This document shows positions 34,629 through 43,793 of a stretch of 64,000 nt of DNA, one piece after another (the first letter of the stretch is position 1; every line of letters starts with the position of its first letter). Made by a program: the position numbers and the translations under genes. The stretch comes from Planctomycetota bacterium (lineage in GTDB: Bacteria; Planctomycetota; MHYJ01; WSZJ01): the NCBI GenBank assembly GCA_038060895.1, contig JBBTCT010000016.1, positions 47,178 to 111,177 on the forward strand, read 5' to 3'. The notes below the pieces were generated by a model. It was not told where the DNA came from. It saw only the letters and a program-made list of their open reading frames with translations, and ran no database searches.

Positions 34629-37600
34629 TCACTTCGCGGCCGTTCCCGCGGCGCGACGGAAGCGGGTGAGCCACAGCCGCGCGCCCGCCCGCTTCGCTGA
34701 AGCCTCGCCTTCCTTGAGGCAGGCGGCCGCCCCGGCGGGATCTCCGGCCGCCGTCATTGCGCGCGCCGCGTCGAGGAGCACCGCGAGCCGCTCCCGGAAC
34801 GGCGTCCTCTCCGGGGCGGCCAGGCGCACCGCTTCCCGCGCATCCGAAAGCGCTCCCTCCCTGTCGCCCGTCGCCGAGCGAAAGCGCGAGAGCGCGCCCA
34901 GCGCCACGCTCTGAACGCGCGCGTCTTTCAGCTCCCCTGCCAGCGCGAGTGCCGCGTCCGCGTCGGACTTCGAGGCTGCGTCCGTCCCGAATCGCGAGCG
35001 CTGCGCCAGCGTCCGGGCCTTCATCTGCCGGTCGCTCCCTTCCTCCATGAGCTTCAGCGCCTCCGTGAGACCGGCCCGCGCTTCCTCAGGACGCCCTTCC
35101 TCCTCCTGCAGCTCGGCGAGCGTCGCCATGACTTCAGGCTGAAGCGCAAGGTACCGGGCTTCGACGCACAGCCGGAGCGACTCCTCGAGCGCGCTGCGTG
35201 CGGGGCCGAGGGCGCCGGCATCCAGGCGCACCTGTCCGATGACGCGCAGGGCTCCGGCCACGCCGAGCCGGCTGTCCGAGGTCCGCGAAATGGAAAGGGC
35301 TTCGCCCAGCGGTCCGAGTGCGGCGTCGAGCTCGCCCTGCCAGGTGAGAAGTTCTCCGAGGTTGAACAGGGACATGGACAGATTGGGGCGGTCGTCGATG
35401 CTTCGGCCGATCGCGATCGACTCCTCGTAGGCTTTTCGGGCGGCCGCGTAGTCGCCCCGAAGGTGGTGGAGGACCCCGACGTTTCCGAGCACGCGAGCCA
35501 CGCCCGCGGGATATCCCATCTCGCGACGCAGCGCCAGCGACTCGGCGTAGGCGGCGAGGGACTCGTCCCAGCGGCCCTGCAGAGTGAGAATGGCGCCGAT
35601 GTTGCCGAGCTGGATCCCGATCCCGGGGCGGCCGCCCGTATCGCGGTGGATCGCCAGCGCCTCCTTGAAGAGCTCCAGCGCCTCCACGGTGCGGCCCCGG
35701 CGCTGCCGGTTCGTGCCCAGGTTTCCCAGCACGACAGCAGTTCCCTCACGGTCGCCCGCTTCCCGCTTGAGCGCCAGCGTTTCGGTGAGCGTCCGCGCTT
35801 CCTCATCGAGCCGGCCCTGCGATCCGTAGACGTTTGAGAGCCGGCTCAGGGCGTTGGAGACGCCGGCCTTGAAGCCAAGTCCGCGAAACATCTCCAGGGC
35901 TTCGCGAATGAGTGACTCCGCCTCGGCGGGCCGGCCCTGGAAGCGGGCGAACTCGCCTTCGATGACTTTCAGGGAAGCGAGCGTCCCCGTGGCGAAGCGA
36001 TCGCCGTCGGCCAGCAGCGCCGGTTGCAGCGCGCGGCCGCGATTCAGCACTTCCTCCACCTCCGCCGCCCGGGCCAGACCCAGGAGGAGATTCGCTTTCA
36101 GGATCAGCGCGTCCGCGAGTCGGATCGGACCCAGCTCGAACTCCATCGCGCGGTCCGTCCCCTCCACCGCTTCGCGGAGCCGGCCCCGCGTCTGGTCCAC
36201 GCGCGCCACGAGGAGGAGAAGTACTCCGCGTTGCACTGGCGTGACGTCGTTCGCGCGCTCAGCCGCCGCCGCCGCCGCAAGCGCTTCGTCGAGCCGGCTC
36301 AGCATGCGGAACGCCCGGGCCTGGGCCTCGAAGCCGCTCGCGGAGGGCGCCAGCGCCACGGAACGCGTGGCCGATTCCAGGGACTCGAGGTACGCGCCGT
36401 CATCGAGCGCCGCCGCCGCGGACTGGCGCCACAGAAGCGCCGCTTCGGCCGCCTGGCCTCCGGCCTCGCGCTGCGCCGCCGCGAGGGACTGAAGGACGCG
36501 GCCGCCCTGGGAGGCGCGGGACTGGAAGTGGTCCGCGGCGAGGCCGTGGAGCCGTGCCCGCTCCCGGCGGGGGAGGAGCGAATACGCGGCATCCTTGAGC
36601 AGCGCGTGACGGAACGTCCACTGGGCGTCGCCGGAGACGATCGAGTCCGGGTCGCGCGCGACCAGGTCCTGCTTCTGCGCGGCCTCCAGAGCCGCTTCCA
36701 CCGGCGATCCCGTGATCGCCGCGAGCGCGCCGGGCCAGAAGATCTTGCCGAGCACGCTGGCCGCCTTGAGGGCCTCCTTTGAAGCGGGCGATAGCGCGTC
36801 GAGGCGGGCCACCAGCAGGCCCTGGAGGCCGTCCGGGATTCGTTCGATCGCGCCGCGCAGGCGCGCGGGGGAGCCTTCCAGCAGCGACTCGGACCTGAGA
36901 TAGCCGGCGAGTGACTCGAGGAACAGGGGATTTCCGCCGGACTTCTCGAAGAGAAATGTCGCAAGCTCCCCGGAGACTGCGGCTCCGACCACGGACTCTG
37001 ACAGTCGCGCCGCGGCGTCGCGGGTCAGGTTGCCGAGTGTGATCCGTTCGAAGGCGCCGGGAATGCGGCTCAGGGCCCCGGGGCGCGCGGCGGCGACGAC
37101 AAGAACCGGCACGTTTGCCAGCGCCGCAGGGAACGACTCCAGCAGGGCGCGCGTTCCTTCGTCGGCCCAGTGCAGGTCGTCGAGGCAGAGGAGCGCCGGG
37201 GCGGCGGCCGCGCGCGCGGCGATCCAGCGGCCCCACGCATGGTGGGTCTCCGCCAGCATCCGCGAAGGCTCGATCGCCTTGACGCGGGCGTCCGGAAGCG
37301 CGACGCCGGCGGAGAGAGCGATGAGCTGCCCCCAGTTTTCCCGCTCGGTGGGCGTTGCGGGAAGCGCCGACATCTGCGCCGCAAGCGCTTCCGGCAGCGC
37401 CGCGCCGTCGGCCGACGTCGCCGCGCGGGCAATTTCGCCGGGCGCAGCGAGCGGCAGACCTGCCGGCTCGACGGCGCGCCCCGAAGCGACCCAGGCGTCC
37501 GGCCGACGCGCCTTCACCGCGCGCTTCAGCTCGTCCAGCAGCCGGCTCTTGCCGATCCCCGTCTCGCCCTCGATCGCGACGAACGCGCCGCGGCCGGCGT

Positions 37601-38237
37601 CGAAGAGCGCGAGGAGGCGCGCCAGTTCCGTCTCGCGGCCGACCAGCGGCACGCCGGTCGCCGCTTCCGCCGCCTCCGCAATTTCTTCCACGACTTCAAC
37701 CGTGTCCACCGGTTCCTGCCGTCCCTTGACCTGCACCGACCCTCGACCTTCGAAGCGGAATCCGCGGCCCGCGGCGCGCTGGGTCGCGCGCGAGACGAGG
37801 ACTGCGCCGATTCGCGCGACGGACTCCATCCGCTGCGCGACGTTCACCGCGTCCCCCATCGCCGTCACCCGGTCGCCCGCAACGCTTCCCCACAGAACTT
37901 CCCCCGTGTTGATCCCGATGCGCATGCGGATGCCGAGGTCGCGCTCGGCGTCGAAGGCGGCGAGTTCGCGCTGAAGCGCCAGTCCGGCGCGGACGGCTCG
38001 GGCAGGATCATCTTCGTGGGCGACGGGTGCGCCGAACACGGCCATGACGGCGTCGCCGATGAATTTATCGACGGTGCCGCCGTGCGCTTCGATGACGGTG
38101 CGGAAGCGGAGAAACAGTTTATCGACGATGTCGGAGACGTCTTCCGGGTCCAGCGTCTCCGACATGCGCGTGAAACCCGAGAGGTCCGAGAAGAGGACGG
38201 TGACGGTGCGGCGTTCTCGCGGGTCCTGTGCGGGCAT
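34629..38237 (-). CDS. Class III adenylate/guanylate cyclase fused to an AAA/STAND ATPase and TPR repeats
   Basis: 'VLFSDLSGFT', 'KFIGDAVMAVFG', 'GDAVNVAQRME'; Walker A GETGIGKS; 'LDDLHWAD', 'GNPLF', 'FRHALLKDAAY'; TPRs. Confidence 0.93.
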   Translation of the reverse strand: MPAQDPRERRTVTVLFSDLSGFTRMSETLDPEDVSDIVDKLFLRFRTVIEAHGGTVDKFIGDAVMAVFGAPVAHEDDPARAVRAGLALQRELAAFDAERDLGIRMRIGINTGEVLWGSVAGDRVTAMGDAVNVAQRMESVARIGAVLVSRATQRAAGRGFRFEGRGSVQVKGRQEPVDTVEVVEEIAEAAEAATGVPLVGRETELARLLALFDAGRGAFVAIEGETGIGKSRLLDELKRAVKARRPDAWVASGRAVEPAGLPLAAPGEIARAATSADGAALPEALAAQMSALPATPTERENWGQLIALSAGVALPDARVKAIEPSRMLAETHHAWGRWIAARAAAAPALLCLDDLHWADEGTRALLESFPAALANVPVLVVAAARPGALSRIPGAFERITLGNLTRDAAARLSESVVGAAVSGELATFLFEKSGGNPLFLESLAGYLRSESLLEGSPARLRGAIERIPDGLQGLLVARLDALSPASKEALKAASVLGKIFWPGALAAITGSPVEAALEAAQKQDLVARDPDSIVSGDAQWTFRHALLKDAAYSLLPRRERARLHGLAADHFQSRASQGGRVLQSLAAAQREAGGQAAEAALLWRQSAAAALDDGAYLESLESATRSVALAPSASGFEAQARAFRMLSRLDEALAAAAAAERANDVTPVQRGVLLLLVARVDQTRGRLREAVEGTDRAMEFELGPIRLADALILKANLLLGLARAAEVEEVLNRGRALQPALLADGDRFATGTLASLKVIEGEFARFQGRPAEAESLIREALEMFRGLGFKAGVSNALSRLSNVYGSQGRLDEEARTLTETLALKREAGDREGTAVVLGNLGTNRQRRGRTVEALELFKEALAIHRDTGGRPGIGIQLGNIGAILTLQGRWDESLAAYAESLALRREMGYPAGVARVLGNVGVLHHLRGDYAAARKAYEESIAIGRSIDDRPNLSMSLFNLGELLTWQGELDAALGPLGEALSISRTSDSRLGVAGALRVIGQVRLDAGALGPARSALEESLRLCVEARYLALQPEVMATLAELQEEEGRPEEARAGLTEALKLMEEGSDRQMKARTLAQRSRFGTDAASKSDADAALALAGELKDARVQSVALGALSRFRSATGDREGALSDAREAVRLAAPERTPFRERLAVLLDAARAMTAAGDPAGAAACLKEGEASAKRAGARLWLTRFRRAAGTAAK

Positions 38238-38282
38238 CGCGGCGGATTCTAAGGTGGGCGGGGCTGGAGTCCTCCGATTCGC

Positions 38283-38759
38283 TTAACGGGAACGGACCGA
38301 GGGCGCGCCCGGGGAAGTGCGAAGTTCGGATTTCGATTGAGACGCTCGCTGGGCGCCCATGCAGCTGATTCGGAGGAAGACGATGAACATGATGAGGAAA
38401 ACGATTCCGCCGGCTCCGGCGACGGCCTTGGTTGGCCGCGTGCGCTCGGCGCTCGAGAGGAAAGGACGCCAGTTGCTGTCACCGGGCATCGGGCCGGCCT
38501 GGACAGGCGGCACCGCGGAGGGGCGTTTCGGCGGCTCCGGCGGGCCGTCGGCAAGTTCCAGCGGGTCATGCGACGCAGCGGGTTCGTCGGCGAAAGCTGA
38601 AGCCTCGGCGCCCGGCGGAGGCGCGACTTTGCCAATGGCGCCAGCAGGTGAGGCTGGAATCTGGATCTTCCCACGGCAACTCGGGCAGTAGCCGGTCTTT
38701 CCCAGCATTGTCTGACCCAGCGGAATGACTTTGCCGCACCACGGACACGCGTGTGACAT
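38283..38759 (-). CDS. Zinc-ribbon membrane protein
   Basis: CPWC...CPSC, Pro-rich linker, C-terminal TM helix; GGAG RBS. Confidence 0.75.
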   Translation of the reverse strand: MSHACPWCGKVIPLGQTMLGKTGYCPSCRGKIQIPASPAGAIGKVAPPPGAEASAFADEPAASHDPLELADGPPEPPKRPSAVPPVQAGPMPGDSNWRPFLSSAERTRPTKAVAGAGGIVFLIMFIVFLRISCMGAQRASQSKSELRTSPGAPSVRSR

Positions 38760-38775
38760 ACGTTCTCCCCTTGGA

Positions 38776-40887
38776 TTACCTGTAGATCTCCGCGTCCCAG
38801 CCGAATCCGAACGACTGCGATGACTTGTTCTCTTTCCAGCCGGCGCCGTCGCGCGCGCCCGCCGCGTTGCGCGGATCGCCCGAGTACGAGTCCTTGCCGC
38901 CGGTGTCGAGGAAGACGCCGACCGCCGGGAGGTCGTCGCGGAATGTGCGCGACGGGGGATACATGGACGCCGACCCGAACGGGCCCGGCTCTCCCATGTC
39001 CTTGTCCATCGTCACTTCGTAGACGTCGTCGCCGCGGCGGTCCCAGAAGAGCGCGACGCTGCACAGGTCGGCGCTTCCGCCGCACATGTTTTTCAGCAGG
39101 TAGCGGTCGTTGCCATCGCCGTCGATGGAGATGCCGATCGAGGCGTCGCGCGCGTGGCCCTGGAACTGGTTCTTCGTGGTGGTGACGCCGACGTTGTAGA
39201 GGTCGTCGCCGGCGAGGTCGACCTGGACGCCGACGGCGTAGTGGGCGCCGGCGCCGCTCGAGTATTTGCCGTTCTCGTAGACGTCGTTGCCGCCACGGTC
39301 CTCGAGCACGCCGATGCCCCACCAGTAACCGCATCCCTGCGACCAGCATTGGGCGTGATAGCGGTCGTCGCCCGCGCCATCGACGAGGAGACCCCAGCCG
39401 CCCGCGAGGCTGCGGCCGTCGCCGATGTCGGCGCGGCGGCCGTAGCCGCACCCCTGGGCCATGGCGACGGACTGGTTGAGATAAAGCGCGCTGACGTTGC
39501 CGTCGTCCCGGCACACGTAGGCGTCTTTGCCTTCGACGTCGAGCAGGAGCCCGCAGCCGAGCGTCGATCCCATTCCCTGCGACTGCTCCGCGCACTCATA
39601 CCGGTCGTCGCCGGCGAGATCCACCAGCATTCCCGCGCCCATGTGCCCTACACCCTGGCCCCACTTTCCCTTCACGACGTACTCGTCGTCCCCCGCCCCG
39701 TCCCAGAGCAGCCCCGTCCCGAACCACCCGCATCCGAGACCGGAATCTTTCACCGTGTACTTGTCGTTCCCCGAGAGATCGATCACGGCGCCGAGGCCGA
39801 AGACGCCGCAGCCCATGGTGAAGAGCTCTTCGCCCCCGTCGTAAACGTCATCTCCCGCGAGATCGATCACGACGGAGAGCGGGTCGGAAGGGCCGTTCGA
39901 AACGGCCAGGCGTCCGGTCCAGCGGTCCTTGCCGCCGAAGTCCACCACGATCGGCGGCTGCGGGCCGCTGATCGCGTCGTCCTCCGTCCCGAGGACGTGG
40001 ATTCCGGGCAGCCCGCGCCAGTCGAGAGGCCCGATGCGCGCGAGAATCTCGCGTCCGTCCGCCTGCAGCCAGACCTGGAGTTCCGCGAGCGCGGTCTTGA
40101 GATGCGCCGCGAACAGCGCGGAGCCGTAGGCCACCGGCGCACGGTCGACTTCGCGCAGCCACCGGAAGCACCGGCCGTCGAGCGTCGCGGCCTGGTCGTT
40201 TTCGCCGTCGGTCCAGGGCGACGCGACCGATTTTCGAAGAGCCCTTCCGTCCGGATCGTCCGCCGGCGCTGGAATGGACTGGCGAAGCCAGGGGAGCGCC
40301 ACGCGCCGCGCGATGGCGAGCCTGAGGAGGAAGCGCTGGAGTTGGACGGGAATCTTTGCGAATTCCGCTTCGATCGCGGCGCGTTCCAGGACGGGCGTGG
40401 GGTCGGGCTCCAGCGTCAACAGGATCGACAGCGCTTCCGACGGCGACTTTCCCTTGGGAATCCCGGCCTCGCCCCAATCTTCACCGGTCGGTGGCGCATA
40501 CATGCGCCCCGCCGGGATGTCCGTCAGTCCCCAGCACATCATCGAAATGTCGCCCGGGCTGCCGGCCCGCGCGAGGGCGATGAGTTCGTCGGCAATTCGC
40601 CCGGTGGTGCGGGGGATTGTCCGCACGTCGCGGAACAGGTTTTCGACCGAACGGAGAAGGTGCTCTCTGCCGGCGTAGTTCCGCATCTCGTCGCCGGTGA
40701 ATCCGAGCGGCCTGCGCCCCGAACCATTGCCGGCGAGGACTCGGTCCCAGACGTCGTCGGGGATTTGAAGAGCGGCGCGGTCGTTGGGGGGCGGGTCGCG
40801 GGGTTGTTCGGCGGCGGCTAGAACGGCGAGGGAAAGGGAAAGGGAAAGGGAAAGGGAACGGCGGTGCTTGCTGGGGGGTGGAAGCAT
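38776..40887 (-). CDS. Secreted protein with about 12 DxxGxDxY beta-repeats
   Basis: AGGAG RBS before ATG 40887; signal-like N-terminus; repeats DFGGKDRW, DLAGDDVY, DLSGNDKY, DGAGDDEY, DLAGDDRY, DVEGKDAY, DGAGDDRY, DRGGNDVY, DLAGDDLY, DGDGNDRY, DRRGDDVY, DTGGKDSY. Confidence 0.8.
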   Translation of the reverse strand: MLPPPSKHRRSLSLSLSLSLAVLAAAEQPRDPPPNDRAALQIPDDVWDRVLAGNGSGRRPLGFTGDEMRNYAGREHLLRSVENLFRDVRTIPRTTGRIADELIALARAGSPGDISMMCWGLTDIPAGRMYAPPTGEDWGEAGIPKGKSPSEALSILLTLEPDPTPVLERAAIEAEFAKIPVQLQRFLLRLAIARRVALPWLRQSIPAPADDPDGRALRKSVASPWTDGENDQAATLDGRCFRWLREVDRAPVAYGSALFAAHLKTALAELQVWLQADGREILARIGPLDWRGLPGIHVLGTEDDAISGPQPPIVVDFGGKDRWTGRLAVSNGPSDPLSVVIDLAGDDVYDGGEELFTMGCGVFGLGAVIDLSGNDKYTVKDSGLGCGWFGTGLLWDGAGDDEYVVKGKWGQGVGHMGAGMLVDLAGDDRYECAEQSQGMGSTLGCGLLLDVEGKDAYVCRDDGNVSALYLNQSVAMAQGCGYGRRADIGDGRSLAGGWGLLVDGAGDDRYHAQCWSQGCGYWWGIGVLEDRGGNDVYENGKYSSGAGAHYAVGVQVDLAGDDLYNVGVTTTKNQFQGHARDASIGISIDGDGNDRYLLKNMCGGSADLCSVALFWDRRGDDVYEVTMDKDMGEPGPFGSASMYPPSRTFRDDLPAVGVFLDTGGKDSYSGDPRNAAGARDGAGWKENKSSQSFGFGWDAEIYR
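40830..40858. repeat. (GGGAAA)n microsatellite encoding SLSLSLSL in the signal peptide
   Basis: About 4.8 tandem GGGAAA units. Confidence 0.8.
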
Positions 40888-40972
40888 GGGCTCCTGCGGA
40901 ATAGTGGGCCTGAAGTGTCGCACAGGCTCGCTTCCCGGCAAGCACGGGGTGGGGCGCGAGTAAGATGCGACG

Positions 40973-42397
40973 GTGAACGCCCCCTTCGACTCGAACCACA
41001 CTGAGCAGCGAGTCGAAGGGCTTCGCTCGCTCAGGGCGGAGCCCTTCGACTCGCTCAGGGCGGAGCCCTTCGACTCGCTCAGGGCGGAGCCCTTCGACTC
41101 GCTCAGGGCGGAGGAGGCGTATCTTTTCCGCCACTCCCTCCTCCGCGACGCCGCCTATCAGCTGCAGCTCCCCGGCGAGCGGGCGCGATTGCACTCTCTG
41201 GCGTTCCGGATCATGGAGCAGCTTGCAGGCGGCCCGCCGCCGCCCCAGACGCCCAAGGACGGATTCGGCCTTCGCTCGCACTCCACGGACTCCTTCGCAG
41301 AGGAGCTCGCCGAACACGCCCGGCTCGCGCACGATCCTTCGGACCCCGATGCCGCCGCTCTTTCGGCAGCGCACCGCCACTACCTGCGCCGCGCCGCGGG
41401 ACACGCGAGAAGCCACTTCCGAAACCAGGCGGCCGGGCGGCTGTGGGAGCAGTACGTACAGTTGGCCACGGGCGCTGAGAAGGTCGAAGCCCTTCGCCAC
41501 GCCGCGCACGCGGCCATCATGTCCGGGCGGCAGCGCGTTGCCGAAGCGCAATTCGAACAGGCGCTCGCCATCGCACGCGAGGCCGGAGACCCCAGGCTCG
41601 AGGCAAGAGTCCTCGGAGATCTGGCCGGGCTCTTCAATTCAACCGGCCGGGCGTCACAGGCCGAGCAGGCGTGCGAACAGTCGCTGGCCATCCACCGCGA
41701 GCTCGGGAATTGCGCCGCCGTGGGCATCGGGTTGGGAAATGTCGCGCTTCTGTACCTCGAGTCGGGGAGACTCGAGCTGGCGGAAAAGACCCTCAACGAT
41801 GCGCTTGCGATTCATCGAGAGGTCAAGAGCCGCCGGGACCAGGGCGTCGCCCTCGGTAATCTGGCCAACGTCTACAGCGCCGCCCGGCGGCCCGAGGAAG
41901 CGGAGCAGGCCTACATTCAGGCCCTCGAGATTCATCGCGAGGTCGGCAACCGCCACTCCGAAGGCCTGACCCTTGGGAATTCCGCGGACCTTTACAGCGA
42001 AACCGGGCGGGCCGCGCAGGCCGAGCGGAATCTCGAGCTCGCGTTGGCGATTCAACGTGAAGTGGGCAACCGTCGCTACGAAGGCGTGTTCCTGAGCAAT
42101 CTGGCGGTTCTGTACGGAAAATCAGGAAACTACGCGCAGGCAGGGCGAGCCTTCAAAGAGGCGCTCGACATTCTCCGCGAAGTCGGGGACCGACGATCCG
42201 AAGGAACCCGCCTGTGCGACTACGCGCTGATTCTGCTCTCCCAGGAGCGCTTCGACGAAGCGCGAGAGACCTGGCGCGAGGGGGAATCCACGCTGCGCCA
42301 GATCGGCGCGGCGGCGGCGCTGGCGACGGCGATGGAACGCATGAGAGACGCCTGCGGCAAGGCCGGAGTGCCGGCGTTCGAAGGGACTCGGTGCTGA
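40973..42397 (+). CDS. TPR-repeat protein homologous to the C-terminal half of cyclase-ATPase-TPR proteins
   Basis: 'YLFRHSLLRDAAYQLQLPGERARLH' followed by about 6 '(LG)NLA..Y...G...EA......AL.I.REVG' TPRs. Confidence 0.85.
   Translation: MNAPFDSNHTEQRVEGLRSLRAEPFDSLRAEPFDSLRAEPFDSLRAEEAYLFRHSLLRDAAYQLQLPGERARLHSLAFRIMEQLAGGPPPPQTPKDGFGLRSHSTDSFAEELAEHARLAHDPSDPDAAALSAAHRHYLRRAAGHARSHFRNQAAGRLWEQYVQLATGAEKVEALRHAAHAAIMSGRQRVAEAQFEQALAIAREAGDPRLEARVLGDLAGLFNSTGRASQAEQACEQSLAIHRELGNCAAVGIGLGNVALLYLESGRLELAEKTLNDALAIHREVKSRRDQGVALGNLANVYSAARRPEEAEQAYIQALEIHREVGNRHSEGLTLGNSADLYSETGRAAQAERNLELALAIQREVGNRRYEGVFLSNLAVLYGKSGNYAQAGRAFKEALDILREVGDRRSEGTRLCDYALILLSQERFDEARETWREGESTLRQIGAAAALATAMERMRDACGKAGVPAFEGTRC
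40982..41112. repeat. Palindromic REP-like repeat cluster: 12-bp hairpin plus 3 perfect 24-nt tandem copies, inside a CDS
   Basis: CCCTTCGACTCG (40982-93) / CGAGTCGAAGGG (41009-20); GCCCTTCGACTCGCTCAGGGCGGA at 41041, 41065 and 41089; degenerate copy at 41018-40. Confidence 0.92.
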
Positions 42398-42546
42398 TCG
42401 GTCATGCTGCCACTTCCGAGAAGTCGGCCGAGTCGCCAAGCTGAGGCCACTTCGTCGAGGAGTGAAGTTCTGCGGGTTCGGTCGCGCTTGTACGCGAAGG
42501 ACGACGAGGACTACACTCGTTCCACGTCTTTCTTCCGGAATCTCCC

Positions 42547-43476
42547 ATGCGCTTCCTGGCGATCTGCGTCGTGCTCGCGTCTTCCGCCGCCGCAGACCCT
42601 GTGACGCTCAAGCTCAAGCTCGCCAAGGGCCAGTCGATGAAGGTCGAGCAGACGCTCGGGCTGACGTCTACGGCCAATCCGTCGAAGAGCACGAAGTCCG
42701 GCGGCGTGTCCTCGGTCACGTCGGTGATCGTGCAGACGCCGTTCTTGCTGATCGAGAAGTGGACGGACGCATGCGTCGAGGACGCCGACGGCGACCCGGT
42801 CGAAGTACGCCGCACGATTCTCGGTTCGAAGATCGCGACCGCCAAAACCGCTTCCGCGCTGACCTCGCAGGAGGGATGTGTCTTCCTGCTCTCAAAGGGG
42901 GACAAGGGCTCGACCGTAAAGACTGAGAGAGGCAAGCCCGAGGATCTCAGCGTGATCCTGCTCGGCAAGGGCCCGCCTGAGCTCGTCCAGGTCATGCTTC
43001 CCGCCGGCGCCGTCGAAGTCGGCGACTCGTGGAAGGTCGACGGCTCGTGCAATTCGCCGCTGCAGTACACCGTCTCGGCGGGCAAGGCCGGCGCGCAGGG
43101 CAAGGCCCGAAACGCGCTTCGCGAAGACATCGACCGGATGGACGACAAGAAGTCGCCGATCGGGGTCGGCAGCGCGACGAGCGCGGGGTGCGAGGTCACG
43201 GCGACGCTCAAATCCGTGAAAGACGGCATCGCGACGATCGAGTTCTCCGGCCAGCAGGACATCGACAGCAGCAAAGTTCCGGGTGCCCCGGCCGGCGCAA
43301 TGATCCCGAAGTCAAAGACGGTCATCACCGGCTCGCTGACGTTCGACATCGAGGCCGGCCGCCCGCTCAAGCTGGGCTGGAGTTCGAAGCACATCGTCGA
43401 TGACCTGGACAAGGGCGGAACGAAGTTCCCCGGGTTCACGGAGGACTGGGCGCTCGCGAGGACGTACTCGAAGTAG
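42547..43476 (+). CDS. Secreted hypothetical protein, beta-rich
   Basis: Signal MRFLAICVVLASSAAA|D; 'LKLKLAKGQ', 'LPAGAVEVGDSWKV', 'GSLTFDIEAGR'. Confidence 0.8.
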   Translation: MRFLAICVVLASSAAADPVTLKLKLAKGQSMKVEQTLGLTSTANPSKSTKSGGVSSVTSVIVQTPFLLIEKWTDACVEDADGDPVEVRRTILGSKIATAKTASALTSQEGCVFLLSKGDKGSTVKTERGKPEDLSVILLGKGPPELVQVMLPAGAVEVGDSWKVDGSCNSPLQYTVSAGKAGAQGKARNALREDIDRMDDKKSPIGVGSATSAGCEVTATLKSVKDGIATIEFSGQQDIDSSKVPGAPAGAMIPKSKTVITGSLTFDIEAGRPLKLGWSSKHIVDDLDKGGTKFPGFTEDWALARTYSK

Positions 43477-43489
43477 GGAAGCGCCGGGC

Positions 43490-43530
43490 GGGAAACGAAG
43501 CAGGCGCGGCTCATGGGCCGCGCCTGGTTC
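43490..43530 (-). terminator. Hairpin terminator between the initiator tRNA and the convergent gene
   Basis: CAGGCGCGGC-TCATGG-GCCGCGCCTG stem (43501-26), followed on the minus strand by CTTCGTTT. Confidence 0.6.
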
Positions 43531-43534
43531 CGGA

Positions 43535-43608
<74 letters not shown>

Positions 43609-43620
43609 ATGAGGGGGAGG

Positions 43621-43649
43621 ACTATGCGCGTCCCCCTGTTTCCCGTCAA
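43621..43649 (-). promoter_or_regulatory. Sigma70-type promoter of tRNA-fMet
   Basis: TTGACG-N17-CATAGT on the minus strand. Confidence 0.65.
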
Positions 43650-43793
43650 GCGGAAACCCTGCGCCGTGCCTCCAGAGACGGGGCCATTTTATATCCGATA
43701 TTTCATATTATATATTTGATATTAATCCTTTCGCCCTCCCCGATTCTTTCCCGTTTCCCCGCCCGCTCCAAACGCTAAAATCCCCCTCTCACC

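Noticed and set aside
41018-41112. 24-nt repeats as a possible CRISPR array
   Set aside because: The copies are directly adjacent with no spacers, they lie in-frame in a CDS, and there are no cas genes in the window
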